NCBI GenBank assembly: GCA_964199315.1
Contig: OZ116710.1
Span: 19,220,001 to 19,284,000, forward strand
Direction: 5' to 3'
DNA: 64,000 bases
Origin: Orbicella franksi
Lineage: Eukaryota
The notes under the pieces were generated by a model. It worked only from the letters and a program-made list of their open reading frames with translations. It had not been told where the DNA came from and ran no database searches. Below are positions 1-13,026 of this stretch, one piece after another. Made by a program: the position numbers and the translations under genes. Position 1 is the stretch's first letter, and each line of letters begins with the position of its first letter.

Positions 1-3000
1 CGAGAATTCGCCTTGAAAAATGTTCCCTTTGAAATTTAGTAGATTCTCCCGGTAGCAGTTCCTTACATATAACAGTACCATTTTCTGTTCTCTCGTAGTT
101 AGCAGGGTAGGCGGGGAGGGGGGCGGTGGACCTGTTTTAATGAGATACCCCTGGGGATACCCCGATATTGGCAAGGATGTTACTAGGGAACCTTTCGTAT
201 CCCGACCTGGGCAAGTCGTAATTCGTAGTGCTGTATTGTGATTAGACAATATCAGTCAGAAATTGTTTGCGCATTTACTGCCTAGGATTTGACTTCGATT
301 CTTCCACCACCTGACTTAATCAAGCAAAATACACTCCTTGACGGTTACATTATACGAAATACAGAAAAGATTGGATTCAGTCCGGCACTACAAAATACAC
401 TACAGTGAAAATTGGGAAAACTCATCAACACGCTAACAATTCAATCGCCTACGTCATGGTTTCCTTTAAGGTTTATAGCAGAAAGGCCAATGGGTCTTAT
501 AGACAGGGTAAACTCTTTGAACCGAGCTTCTGCGTAACAAAAAAAAAATTCCTCAAGACTGTCAAACCAGGCGGGCAAGATCGTTCTCACTGGCAGTCAG
601 TTTGCTCCGTGCTCTGGTCACTACATTTTGACGCATTTTGCCCACAATATGTTTAGAACCATTTGAGACTAATACGCAATGCCAAACCAGAGTCAAAAAC
701 CTACCCCATTTCAGGCCAAAATGGTTATACCCTTTTGTCAGATCAAAACCGCTTAAAAACTACACCTTTTGCACAAACCCATAAAGCTCATATAAGGGAG
801 TACCCCCTCCCCGCCAACCCCGGTTTAGACTTTATGTGTCACATAGACATAACAAGGTTGAGCGCGATTGTGCTTACATGTACCAATGGACGGGATCAAG
901 CTGCACTACTGTTAAATGTATTGTCTACTATGTATCGCATTGAAGCATTCCGTGTTTTGTACGAAAAAACAGTTCTCACAGTATCCGAAAAGGAAAATGA
1001 CTTGTAATCATGCCGCTACACTCTGGATAGCGTCTCGTGTATTGCCTCACAACTGAGACGAGTTGACGAAAGGCGTTTCGAAAACGCGTTGCAATACACC
1101 GATATCTACGTCGAGTTGTGTTACAATGTGCAACGCACAAGTGTTGCGAAATTGTTGCGCAAAATAGATGAGTTTTCCTTCTGGCTAATGTGTTGCACAA
1201 ACCAAATTGTAACGCAACTTGCGTCTCGTAAACAAAATATGCCAAAATGGCACAACGAATTGCGTAAAATGAGCTTGTGAGCAAGAGTGTGAATTATGTA
1301 TACTCCAGAATCCGATCGATATATTACTCTGATTTCTCTGACAAAACGAGATACAAGAGTCAGTCACAAAGAGATTTGAACTCGAGGATGAATTTTTTTC
1401 AAGAGTCGCCATTAAAAAACAGTAAAAAAAATTGAGTGATTAAAGTTACGTACATCCCTATAATAGTGTCTTTGCCCTTGTCTAACCTTGGGCCGAGTCT
1501 AGGATGTTCGTGAAGAATAAAGTTGCTATAACACACCGCTACTAAGCTGGGGAAGCCTCAACACTGTCTGAAGTTCGACCCCATGTTGGGTATTTTCACG
1601 ACTAAATACGAGAGAAGGGGGAGAGAGAACGATGTGTGCATCCTGCCCGTCAACCGGGGGTCGTTAAAATAAACACCCCTTCATGTATGACACATACAGC
1701 ATATACAAACCAAAACCGAAACAACCTCGTTCCCAGGGTTTCTCTGGGATCGAGGTTAAGAGGACAATGTTAGCACGAACTGACTGAGAGAAGTGAGGTT
1801 GCTAATCATTCAAAGTTCAGAACTATCTACATTTAATTTAAAGGGGGGGGGGGGGGAATTGCCCGGATATAATAACAGATTCCCAATACTTTCTCTTGAA
1901 AAAACACATGCAATCAAAGAAGAGAATTCATATTTTGATCTTGAGACTAAGAAAGCAAATTCTCAGTCCTCCTATCAGTTTCAGCTAAAAATAGCTAATT
2001 AACTACGCTCGTATTACCCAAAGTTGTTTTTGACAGTATTTATTTCTCAACAGATGTATGCTAACTTTCAATCCAAGGTTACTGCTTTTCTTCCATTGTC
2101 TTTTCACCAAAATTGTCATCGCAAAGCGAATAACACCTTTGCTATCAGCATTCATAAATATATTTAAACGCGCGTCATAAATTCTTTCCGCAACTCTCGT
2201 CGGTTTTCCTTGAATTCGAAATTACTAACGGGTACCATTTCGGATTAAAGTTTGAGTTTTCTCGTAGGCGTAACACCCACGAAAACACTGCCACTTAAAG
2301 TTAACAAATTTATATAAAGGTAACAAACAACAGTCACATTGTGTAGCTAAAATACAAAGTTCCACATCCCTTTGTTTGTTCGACAACAAAAGTTGCTCGT
2401 AGTAACAGCCCAGTTTGGTTAAGAATGTAAATTGCGTAAATTTTAAATGAAGTTGTATTGACTTTGGTTTTTAGAGAAGTTCATATAATGAGGCTATACG
2501 AGTTCAAAATTCAATTGAGTACATATTTCTTATGTATTTTCGTCATTAAAGTTTCATGGCTTGCAAAGACAACTGTGATTAATATTTTAGCGACTTTCTT
2601 TTCTAACATTAGTTTTCGGTTTAATGCTACATTTGTTTGAGAAATGGCATTAAGGTTCGAAACACGAAAGACTTAAAACTACACAATCAAGAAATTTATC
2701 TTTTAAGAACAAAAACCTTTTAATGAAAAGTTCGACTGTTTTAAGAAATTTCCAGAAATAGCAAAGGTTTAGAAAGGTGTTAAGCAGAAATGATTCTTAT
2801 CATTGATAGAAATTGAATCACAGAAACAGAACCAATTAAAAATTCTAGATGTGAGGAAACATCTTGGGGTTTGTCAGGACAACTGAGAAAAGAAAGCTTT
2901 AGGGCTCGTTAACAAAAATACAAAAACAATTCTACGACGGGCGTTGAATGAACAGTTTGTTAGTCGCGTTCTGACGTCACCAAGCGTTCACCTGTCAATC

Positions 3001-5089
3001 GAGCCAATGATTCAAGGCAAGCAAATGGTTTCAGTGACGTCATGGCACTGTCAGAAACCATGCAAACCGGTTATTAGCGCGTGTGATAAATAGCTTCTTT
3101 CAAACCAGAATCTTCGATTTAGAAATAAAAGAGTAAACAAAGAGGCAGACCGCGTGATTCACAGCTTTTGTAAACAACGATATACGTTAATCACAACAAG
3201 CGTGGGTATTACAAGGGTTTCGTTCGTCATCAGAGAAATCGCGTTTACTTCCTTCCCAACAATTATAAAACTATGATTAACAAATTGTTGTTATTATTGT
3301 AAAGAAACGTCTGTCTTTACTCCACAATTTACGCCATTTCCATTGTAAAGGCGGTGCAACTCAACGTCAAGAGCTACTTGTCTAAAAAAAATCTGAATTT
3401 GTGGAAGGACTTGAATCTAAACCCCGCGTCAGGTCGTTGGGAAACTAAAGGAAGTTCGTAGAGAGCCATACTGTCCAACTCTTTCAGATACAAGTCAGGT
3501 TGCCCTGAGCAAGTAAAGAAATAAAATAAGAGCATGGCGCACGAGATATCCACGCACGAGATCCTCACGAACGTGATTGCCGTGGTTTTAAATTGTTACA
3601 AAGGAAACCCAGTGTTCAGTCTATAGGGAATTTATTCCAAACAAGTTCACTACATACAACTTTCGACAAAAACGTTGTCCAACTATCGACGACTTTTCTA
3701 CTAGAAATTGATGTACCTGACTTACTTTATAAGCTAGTGTAAATGTTACCTCCAATTTACAACTACCCAATGTTAAGTAGAATTTCAAAGGAAGCCTGTG
3801 GAGATACGTAGGAGTCTGAACCATCTTGAGTTAAATGGTACCTAACAATACTGACACGAACCCTACATAAGAGTAAGCCGACCAGTATGGGCCGTATCAT
3901 CTGGATTTGAAACGTTTTTGAAAATACGAAACTGAGAAGTTTAAAGTTCCACCCACCACTGACTGAATAACTACGTAACATGCTATAACCAATCAGAACT
4001 CACTTTCTGCTTTCAACTAATCAGGAACAGCAGCGTAAAGCGTTTTCCCGCGCTTGATCGGCTTGCATGTGTTCCCGCGCTTAGGCACCGGTTGCATGCA
4101 CTAGTTCGGATTCTGATTGGTTCACTGCATGATTTGTGTGGTTTTGATTGGCCAGATATGATTAGTTCTCCCACCGCGTCATTTTCAAAGCTGCTTTAAC
4201 TTTGGATGAAAACAGTTAACACTGTAGAGAGGCAATTAAACGAATGTTAAACATTGCGGTTCAACACGAATTTGCAAACAGGTTTAGCCGTTAAGCCCCC
4301 CGATTCCTTCCTAGATTCGGCCTCAGTGTTAACTTTTCAGTCAACTGTGCACATTTACAGTTCACATCACGACATGTGAAACCACAAATGAAACTCCGAT
4401 TAAAAACGATAAAAAAAAAAACTGCGCAACAAATTAGAATGTCTCCGTAGCCGCCAAGTATAACATACAACAGGTGCACATGTGAACGCGATCAAACTAC
4501 GGGATTAAAACCAGCATTTCACAGACTAAAAATCAGATTCAGTTGAAGCCTGGGTTTGTGAAAATTGTTCTGTTAATTTAACATTTCTCAGTCACTATTA
4601 AAATCGAAAAATCCTCCAAGTGCTAAAGCAAAGTACCCTGCCTTTGAGGAGAATTATTTCTCCCACTGAAACGAGGAAAAGAATGTAAATGACTTGCAAA
4701 CGCAAACATGCGATCCTATAAAAAAGAAGCCATAAAGATTCGATTCGGCAGTTGACATCTGACAGAACAAAGCGAGCACTTCATAAACAACCCATTTGGG
4801 CGCCATGTTGGACTACGATTTTCCGAAGCGAGTCCGAACGCCCTTCGAGCAATACGCGGGACTTCTCGGTAAAGTTCGCCTTTGATCACTGGAGACCGTA
4901 TTGTCCAAAATGGCACCCGGTAGCAAAAACATTCCTAGGCCAAATACCTCGTGTCACTCCAATATCGCATGGGTTAAAGTCTCGAACAAGTCTCGTACAA
5001 GGTCTATACTACTCTCCATACCTTGTGCCTTCCTGAGTCCAAACCTTGATAAAACGCAATAAAAATTACGTACGAATCCTGTAAACGCG

Positions 5090-5445
5090 TTAAACGATTC
5101 CCAAAGCTTTCAGCGCCACATTGGCAGCCGTTTGTTCGGAACCTTTCTTGGTATTGCAGCCGCTGCTTGTGTATGCTGATCCCGCTACTTTCACCGTGCA
5201 GGTGAAGACGCCATTTTCTCGATTACTGGAGTAAACAGGCATGTCGAGCCGGGACTTCTGGCAATATTCCTGAAGCTTGTTCTTGTGTGATGTGAACATG
5301 GTCGGTTTGGCCGCGGTCAGTGGCTCTGAGGGTGGTAAGACAGGCGCAGAAATCTTCTGCACTGTTGGGATGGAAGAGTGTTGAACTGAAGGTGTGGATA
5401 AGTTTGGAGCTGCAGCTGTGGAAATCTGCTCAACAGTTGTATTTG
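5090..5445 (-). CDS. Triple-dsRBD protein, last coding exon (Ser/Thr/Pro linker and dsRBD3)
   Basis: Acceptor ttccttctttgctttcAG, phase 1. Translation HKNKLQEYCQKSRLDMPVY...TKKGSEQTAANVALKALG, ending in TAA at 5090-5092. Confidence 0.85.
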
Positions 5446-6705
5446 CTGAAAGCAAAGAAGGAATCAATTAAATATAAAACAGAATGACCATGAATGAGAC
5501 TGATGTCGTGTCCTCAACACCGACCTCGTTCCCAGGATCTCTACAAGAACGGACGTGGAAACCCTGGGGACGAGCTTACTTCAGTGCCCTTTGACAACTC
5601 CCACCGAACACGAAGAACACGATTACCGTTCACAAAGAGCAACAGCTTTCACTGAGCAGCTGTACACGAGATGATTGTTGATTATGACTAATTACTTGGT
5701 TAAAAAATTGAAGTAAAGACGCATTTTTCAGTCAATAACACTCGATACCAAAACCTAACGTGAGCTAACTTGCACGGCTCTCCCGCGCGCTCTGGCTAAA
5801 TGTTTTTGCTTACCTAACTATTTGCACTGGTGTGGTAATTGCCGTTTCAATTGTCACAAACGAGTACAAAACTGCAAGCCATTAAGAATCTTCCTCGTTA
5901 CTGCGCCCGATTCTATCACATCGGGTGACTACAAACTGAACAAACGCCACTAAAACTTTCAACTTTGACTGCTACGTCATGCAAAGTTGACATAGCGCTT
6001 TAATATTACTCAAATTGTTTAAGTACACCCTTCTTGTTGTTTTATGGAGTCCGTTACAGCCACAAATTTTCTCTATTACCCCTCGTAAACCGTCCAAGTA
6101 CCGATAACAAATACCGCCGGATTTCATCAAATGAACACCGTGGGCGCGTGTCTATAAGTGTTGCCCATTAGGTTCAAGGATAATCTGGGATTAGTCTCAA
6201 AGTTGAATTCCGCATCATAAGGTATAAATTCTCCTATTCCTCATTGAGACGTGCCAAGCATGCCTAGACTAAGCTTAGACAAATTACACTGGCCCTGACT
6301 TCACACACACACATACTTCTTTGTTTGATAATGACCCTGCTAAAAAAAGTAAAGCACAACCTCCCTATCTCGAGCACGGTTTCCTCAAATTCAAATCATT
6401 TTCTCTTAGATATCCTTACCATCAGCGAACCTGATTTCCCTTTCGTAAACAGTCGATGTCATGATTGATAACCGAGCTTTTCGGAATGGCCGATGCCATG
6501 CCTGCGCTAGTTTAGGCCTGGACTAGATTGAAAGTGGTTATAATTTGGTGAAGACTAACAAGCACTCACCCAATGCTAATTGTTCACTTTCACACTGGTT
6601 TGCTTGCGGTTAGCTTTCATTTGCTGGTTAGGGCAATACCATATATGCCATGCATAAAAAAGTCACCTTTTCTAATTAAATTTTGCGGGGATTTGGCGGA
6701 TAAAC

Positions 6706-6790
6706 CTGGTGGTGTAGTGGTAAGAGAGGGATGTTAGCATGCGAGAGATTCTGGGTTCGATACTGCGTAGTGACTTACAGCTTTTTTTTT
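6706..6790 (+). mobile_element. tRNA-Ala(AGC)-like SINE head or tRNA pseudogene
   Basis: A-box TGGTGTAGTGG, TTAGCAT loop, B-box GGTTCGATAC and a downstream T-run. The acceptor stem does not pair. Confidence 0.5.
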
Positions 6791-8763
6791 CTTTAATTTA
6801 GGGGGAAAAATTTCTACGCGTCGCGAAAATGGCAACGACCGTTTATGAAAGGGAAACGTGCATCGGCTATCTCAAAACCCCGCAAAGTTGTCGGGCAAGA
6901 TGTGGGGTTAAGCCTACTTGTTCTGTGATGTTGAAAAAAGTCTAAAACATCTCTCAGAAGGCAGAGCTTATGTACGAAATAATTTTCAGATTTGATCGAA
7001 ACAGGACAAAGGACAAAACGCGTTTGAGGGCTTGGTATTTGACATTGGGTTTGAAATACTCGCTCGACAATTATGACAAATAGTCACCAGAGATCGAGCG
7101 TTTACCTCCCAATAAAATACGATACATGTATGTCGATATGTTCCGGAAGTCTCAATGCAGTTGTTTCAATATCCAACCACGCTCATGAGAAGCTACTTGA
7201 AATGCCTCACGAACGCTGGTGAAGGAATGTGTTAGCACGGCGCGTCCAAGCAAAGTGGTTTTTAGTCTTCGTGTTTTGCAAAGAACATTACAATAGTTTT
7301 TTAACTGGTGAAGAACATTCAGCACATACGTTCCCAGGCAGATTACTCTGGATTAGGTGCAACCTTCTCATCCCCGCCATTAAAGCATGCTTTATTTCAA
7401 GGATAAAAATAGACAAAAATACTACACAGCAGGAATCTTGCGATGAAAAGTAGCTTTGTCCAAAACACTCCTCAAGTATACGGTACTTCGTTGTTGGTTA
7501 TGTTCTTATCACTCGGTGAAAATCACACTGAATAATAACTCAAAGTATATTTGAAGGCTTTCTTGTCCTTTATGGCGAGCACAACAACTAGGAGGTTCTT
7601 AATTACTGTGCCACGCGTCTGTACAGGACCTGACAACCAGACCAGACACTGTTTCATATCAGACAATGTTTCAGACAATGATTCAGATGAAAAAAAGACA
7701 TGCCAAGGTGATAAGCTGACTAAGTTTGTCTGCGTGTCAAGGTTGTGTCACTGACATGTCGGCCGCCTGCTCTTCCCATTGTCTATCTCAGTTTCTACCT
7801 GAAGACTGTGTAAAAACAGACTGTGCTCTACAGCGATCCTCGTAATCCCAGAATTCCGAGACATCATTTGATTTTTGTCACGCAAAGTTTAAGGAATCCA
7901 CAGAAATGAAGAAAACCTCCTTCCAGTCTCGTTGAACGCCCAGAAACAAAAGCAAAACGTGTTGATGTAATCTAACACAACGTAACATGACACGCTACTA
8001 ATTCAATACTTTCAGTAGTCGCTTCCCCGCCACATGACCCGCCCCCAATAGTCATCGCGTGGAACGTGGGAGACGCGAATGGAGACTATCCTGCTCGTGC
8101 GCATGTTACACGTTCTAGATCCCACAGCCCTTCCGTTTTGTGCATAGTTGCTTCAAGAAAGAGAGCCCGCTCGCAGGCTAAGAGAGAGAGAGAAAGACAC
8201 CAGGGAAACTCTTGTGTAATTGTGAAGTCTAAAATTTTTGCCACGGGTTTTCTCGCACAAAGCAGACTAAGTTTCCAACAATGTAAGGAAATAGGATACA
8301 ACACCAATGAAGCACTACCAATATACGTGCAAAGATTTTTCCAGAGACACCTTGACCAAGACTCTCGGCAAAGCAAAACGCCAACTCGATTGTTTGGGGA
8401 TAGTTCAAAGTAATCTACATGACTACACACTTGAATTTCTGACGCTGAGTAAAACAAGAATCAAAAAATAATAATTTAGGGAAGTCTCGATTTACCACCA
8501 AATTCTCCAAACTGATATTTAAGGAAACACGTGACAATCAGTATGGAGAACTTGTATCTTGAGCGATGGATTGAAAGAGTTACGCTCTTTTTTTAAGTAA
8601 GAATAATTTTCCGGTTCAGTCTGAATGTTCTTATTTTTTCTGCCGATTTTAGGCTGAAAATAGTCTTGTGGATATCCTCACATTATAGCGAATGACATTT
8701 CCGTTTTACCCACATTGATGGCGTTGAAGTAAGTTTAGAGCCAGACTGCAGGAAATAATTAGC

Positions 8764-8900
8764 TCTTATTAACCGTGCAGGAGGTCTGTATGGGAGAATC
8801 TTGACCGAGGTCGCGAGTACAGACCAAATGCAGTGAGGTCTGTACACACAACCGTGGTCAAGATTTTCCCATACAGACCTACTAAGCTCGGTTAATAAGA
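8764..8900. repeat. Palindromic (hairpin) interspersed repeat
   Basis: Arms TCTTATTAACCG/CGGTTAATAAGA and AGGTCTGTATGGGAGAATCTTGACC/GGTCAAGATTTTCCCATACAGACCT. Confidence 0.75.
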
Positions 8901-10028
8901 TTTTTATTATGCGTCAAACAGCAAGAATTTAATTTAATTTAACTGGTTTGTACTAACTGACATTTTGCTTGCGAACAGCGATTAGCTGAATTTAATTCTG
9001 CCAAAGTTTGCGCGTCCTCTTTACTTTTTTTTTCTCATCAGGCTTTTTGGCACTTCCATAAATAAATATTGGTAGAAGAAAATAGACAATGATCTTGCAT
9101 TTTAGTTTGCAACGTTTTTACTGCAAAACATTACCGGTCTAGATGCCAGCCTAGATGGGAAAATCTAAACCGCTTTCAATATCGATTTCAACCAATCAAA
9201 TTCGTGAATTTGGTAGTTCTTAAACCTTGTGAGACAGAGCTATATAATAAAGCCTGATAAAACACATGCAGAAATGTTATAAGCATCGAACGTACCGCTA
9301 CTACTGTTTTTGTCGATTTTTTTTTTTTTTGGCTAGTTTTGCCGTTTAGAGAAAAGAAGAATTTTATACAGTTTAGATAAAAACATATAAATGTACTGAA
9401 TTTAAGAAACTTTCTACACACAAAATTAAATTCTTTTCAAAATCTCAGCCTCGGGTTTATTTTTACAATATTCTAATTTTCTTAACATTACGCAAATTTC
9501 AGCCTCAATATTCTTATAAAATATGTATATTCTTATATAGAAAAAGAGTGTATTTGTTGCTGTAAGCTTTCGACTCAAGTGATTTTGAGCTTACACAGTA
9601 CATGTACACTTTACCTCTCATGGTACTGTTTCTCGTCTTTGGGTGTCCTTTATTAGAATAGACTGTTTTCTCCAAGGCCACCATGCAAGCTTTTGTGTAA
9701 CCCAGTTGTCAAAACAATAATACTGACAACACTAATCATGACATCAACAATTGGCTCAAAATGTATGCTACTGAAATGTCAGAATGATTGTTAAACAGAC
9801 AAAAGGTTATGGCTAGAGTTCTAAAATCAAAGGTGCATGAATAGAGATTTCCATGAAATTACAGTCTTGCATGTACATTTGGTTTCTACTTTGACTAATT
9901 AAGTAAAACATTACTTTCTTCATAAAGGAAATAAATTCAAAATGTTGAAAATCAATGGCAACTATTTCTGAACAGTGCCTATGGAATGACTGTGGATTAC
10001 ATACATGTAGTGAACAGTTAAGGCGGGC

Positions 10029-10288
10029 AAGTGGCTTACCAGGTTAAGCAGGAGCTTTTCCCGGTTTCTGTACCATGAAGCGACCGGGCGTATTTCTACT
10101 CCCCCTTGGATAGGATGCCAGTCCTTACAGGGCTGACCCCAGTACTAAATTTGCCAGTACCCACTTATACACCTGGGTGGAGATAGGTGCTAGGAGAGTA
10201 AAGTGTCTTGTCTGAGAGCCTGGCTAGGGCTCGAACCTCATACCACTCGATCCAGAGGCCAGCACACTAACTATCAGGCCATCATGCC
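10029..10288 (-). mobile_element. tRNA-derived SINE in the last intron of the dsRBD gene
   Basis: The reverse complement has A-box and B-box-like (GGTTCGAGCC) motifs, then GACACTTTACTCTCC...CCAGGTGTATAAGTGGGTAC. Same family as the split copy. Confidence 0.8.
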
Positions 10289-10368
10289 AACTTACATGTA
10301 CTGGAATGCTATTTTAAAAATTTACAAAGTTATTTCTTATTACTTTTTACAACTAAAGTAAGCCTTAC

Positions 10369-10785
10369 TTGTGGTGGAAACAGCAGCAGTAGACGTCTCA
10401 GCAGCACTGGATTCTGTGGTTTTATTCTGTGTTGAAGTAAGCTGCCTGCACTGTTCAATATAATCGTGAAAACTTGGAGCTGGCGGGGGACACTGGTTCA
10501 ACATGTGAAGAACAACTTGAGCTGCATTCTGTTCTGCCTGCTTCTTAGTTGTCTGTGGACCATTGCTTTTATAAACTTTGTTGTTGAAGACGACAGTGGT
10601 AATGAACCCTTTGCCATTCTCAACTTTCTCAGTGTCGTAGGATGGAATGGAAAGGCGAAACTTTTGGCAGAATTCATTAAGTCTGCTCTTGAAGGAGGTG
10701 GCTACAGGCGATGTTGAATCAAGTTTGATCCGTTTTCCAGAAGAATCATGAATCATACTGTTGTCTATAGCAGGTCGCTTGATCA
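10369..10785 (-). CDS. Triple-dsRBD protein, coding exon 3 (dsRBD2, NLS-like motif)
   Basis: Acceptor gttactcttgcAG, donor ACAA|GTAAGG, 417 nt, phase 1-1. Translation FKSRLNEFCQKFRLSIPSY...TKKQAEQNAAQVVLHML. Confidence 0.88.
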
Positions 10786-12606
10786 CTGCAAGAGTAACAT
10801 AGCTTTTGTCAGGGAATATTGATAAGGTAAAACCATGTTAATGTGGCAGTATTCTTTCCAAGCCGTTTAAAAATTAGAGAAAAGACAAAATAATTGGGGG
10901 CCTGGCATACATCTTTTGCTGTATGGTAAATGTTAGTGTTAGTGATAGTATAAAGTTTAAGAAACCGTACTAAGCAAATGTCAACACTCAAACATGTTCT
11001 ATAAATGTGCGGTGGCAGAAAATCTCCATACCCCCACCACAGAGAGACTTAAAATTTTCAAGGGGTGGGAGGGGGCAAAGGCCCAGGAAATTCCAGGGGG
11101 AGGTGAAATGGATAGTCTAAAACTAGTTTCCAGATAGACAGATTCAAGTACAGTCCCATCACTAAACTAAGTTGCTTTTGAGTCTGTTGAGAGACAGTTG
11201 ATTTGATTTGTGAAAAGCTTCATTGTTAATGTACATATATAGGAAATGATCTCATAGTTTCAGGAAGCAGAGGATTTTGTGCTCTTGTTAATCTCTTTCC
11301 ATTTCAACCATTACTTAGTGAAATATTCAAAGATCCTTTCTTGTACAAAAGGGGCAGATCCTTAAAGATATGCTAGTTTGAGCAGAACTTTCAAAGCCGC
11401 TATGACACATGGATAGGAGTTGTGTAGGCCTATTGTTATCACAGGTAATTTTGTTGATAAAAATTGACTTTGTGAGTGTGTTTGTGATCACGTTCAAGAT
11501 GAATGATGGTGTCATCTACACTATAGAATCTCCCAAGGGAAATAATACTGCATTTTGAAAAGGACATGATTATCAAGGGAGGTAGTTTGATAAGTCACTA
11601 TCAACTATTTAATGTCATGGAAATTGCTATGTACAAGTATAAGAGTCCAGCAATAAACAGTAATGATGAGAAAGTTACAGAGGATGGCCCAGGGTCTACA
11701 TGATACCATAGGAGGCCCCGTGCGTTCTTTCGCCATGAATATTTATTCAGGCGATGTGGTGTCCAAAGATGTTCTGAAATCTTTCCGTAATTTATTACAA
11801 GGTGGAGATGGAACATCCACAAAGAAATTACATGAAGATTTTGATATTCTCTGGGCATCAAAAGGTGGAAATGTAGTTCTGTCAAAGTGGTCAAAAGATG
11901 ATTTCAGCACTGGTTTGATTCCTGATCACATCAATTCCAAATATTTTGCCGGCAAGCCTGTGGCGACCAAAAATTTAGGTTTGTGTTTCGCTGCAAAGGA
12001 AAAATTTTATTGACACTTTTTGGCGACCACATTTTTCCATTTGGCGATTGAAAAAAAACTTTCAGTCACCAGTTGGCGTCTGCCAGAAAAAGTTAATTTC
12101 GGACCCTGGCATTATGTTGTTTGAGAAAAAAACATACCCCTCCCACTGAGTGTTTGTTGTAGAGCTTGCATTTTATTGAAAGATACAGAACATCCAATGA
12201 AAGTGGTTTGCTTCTGTTGTGAAAAGCTCACTTAAGTTTTACTTGTTCTGAATAGCTAACTTTTAGTCTATATTCAATGTTTTTTCTATGTTCAGGAGTC
12301 AATAGTTAGAATTGTTTGTCTAGAAAACATTAATTTGTTTAAGGGAAGGATATCTCAAAGCTAAATTCAAACCCTCAAAGAATTGGAGAGTGTTAAAAAA
12401 TCATGTTGCTTTCAGTTTTTAGACTGCTGTGGAAAAAATCAGAGCGTTTTGTTTTTTTTCATTTGGAAGGTATGAATATTATGACCAAACACTTTGACCT
12501 GCTCCAAGAGAAACACTGAGTTTTTTGAGGGTCTCATAGAAACAAAGCTCACTGTTTCTCTTTGGTCTCGTCATTATCGGAATAATGTTATCTAGCTTCA
12601 CTGTAC

Positions 12607-12873
12607 CTGCAGCTGTTTTCACATCAAACTTCACTGAAGAGTCAATCAACCCAAGATTTATTAGAGCAGTGTAAGCAGCTCCCTGCTCAGCTTCTTTGCG
12701 ATCTCCTTGGATTCCTGCACTTTTAAAGATATTATTCGCCACCTCAACCTTAGCCGAGTAGCCAAAACTATTTTTCCATGTGGCATATGAAGGAACAGGC
12801 AACTGCTGCTTTTGACAGCATTCTTGGAGACTGTTCTTAAATGAAATGAAGTTTGCTTGTCCTGGGATAGCAG
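12607..12873 (-). CDS. Triple-dsRBD protein, coding exon 2 (dsRBD1)
   Basis: Acceptor cttctttctttaattcctatttgcAG, donor GCAG|GTACAG, 267 nt, phase 1-1. Translation SFKNSLQECCQKQQLPVPSY...DRKEAEQGAAYTALINLG fits a dsRBD. Confidence 0.85.
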
Positions 12874-13026
12874 CTGCAAATAGGAATTAAAGAAAGAAGT
12901 TAAAAAGTAGTGCAGGCAAAAATGCATGCTAACGATGAAGAACGTAGTACATTTGAGCTGCAAGATCACCTGGTAGGGGATCCTTTAGGAAGTACATGTA
13001 TATTGAGGTGAAGTTTCATGTACAGG

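Noticed and set aside
405-1007. 83-aa and 114-aa ORFs
   Set aside because: They lie in MITE-like repeat sequence, with no domain or splice support.
8066-8457. 115/123-aa ORFs including a YIG triplet
   Set aside because: No supporting GIY-YIG or RT motifs; mutually overlapping frames.
9615-9690. Extra phase 1-1 exon (CMVALEKTVYSNKGHPKTR) in the dsRBD gene
   Set aside because: The donor is plausible, but the in-frame acceptor is a weak AAG with no pyrimidine tract.
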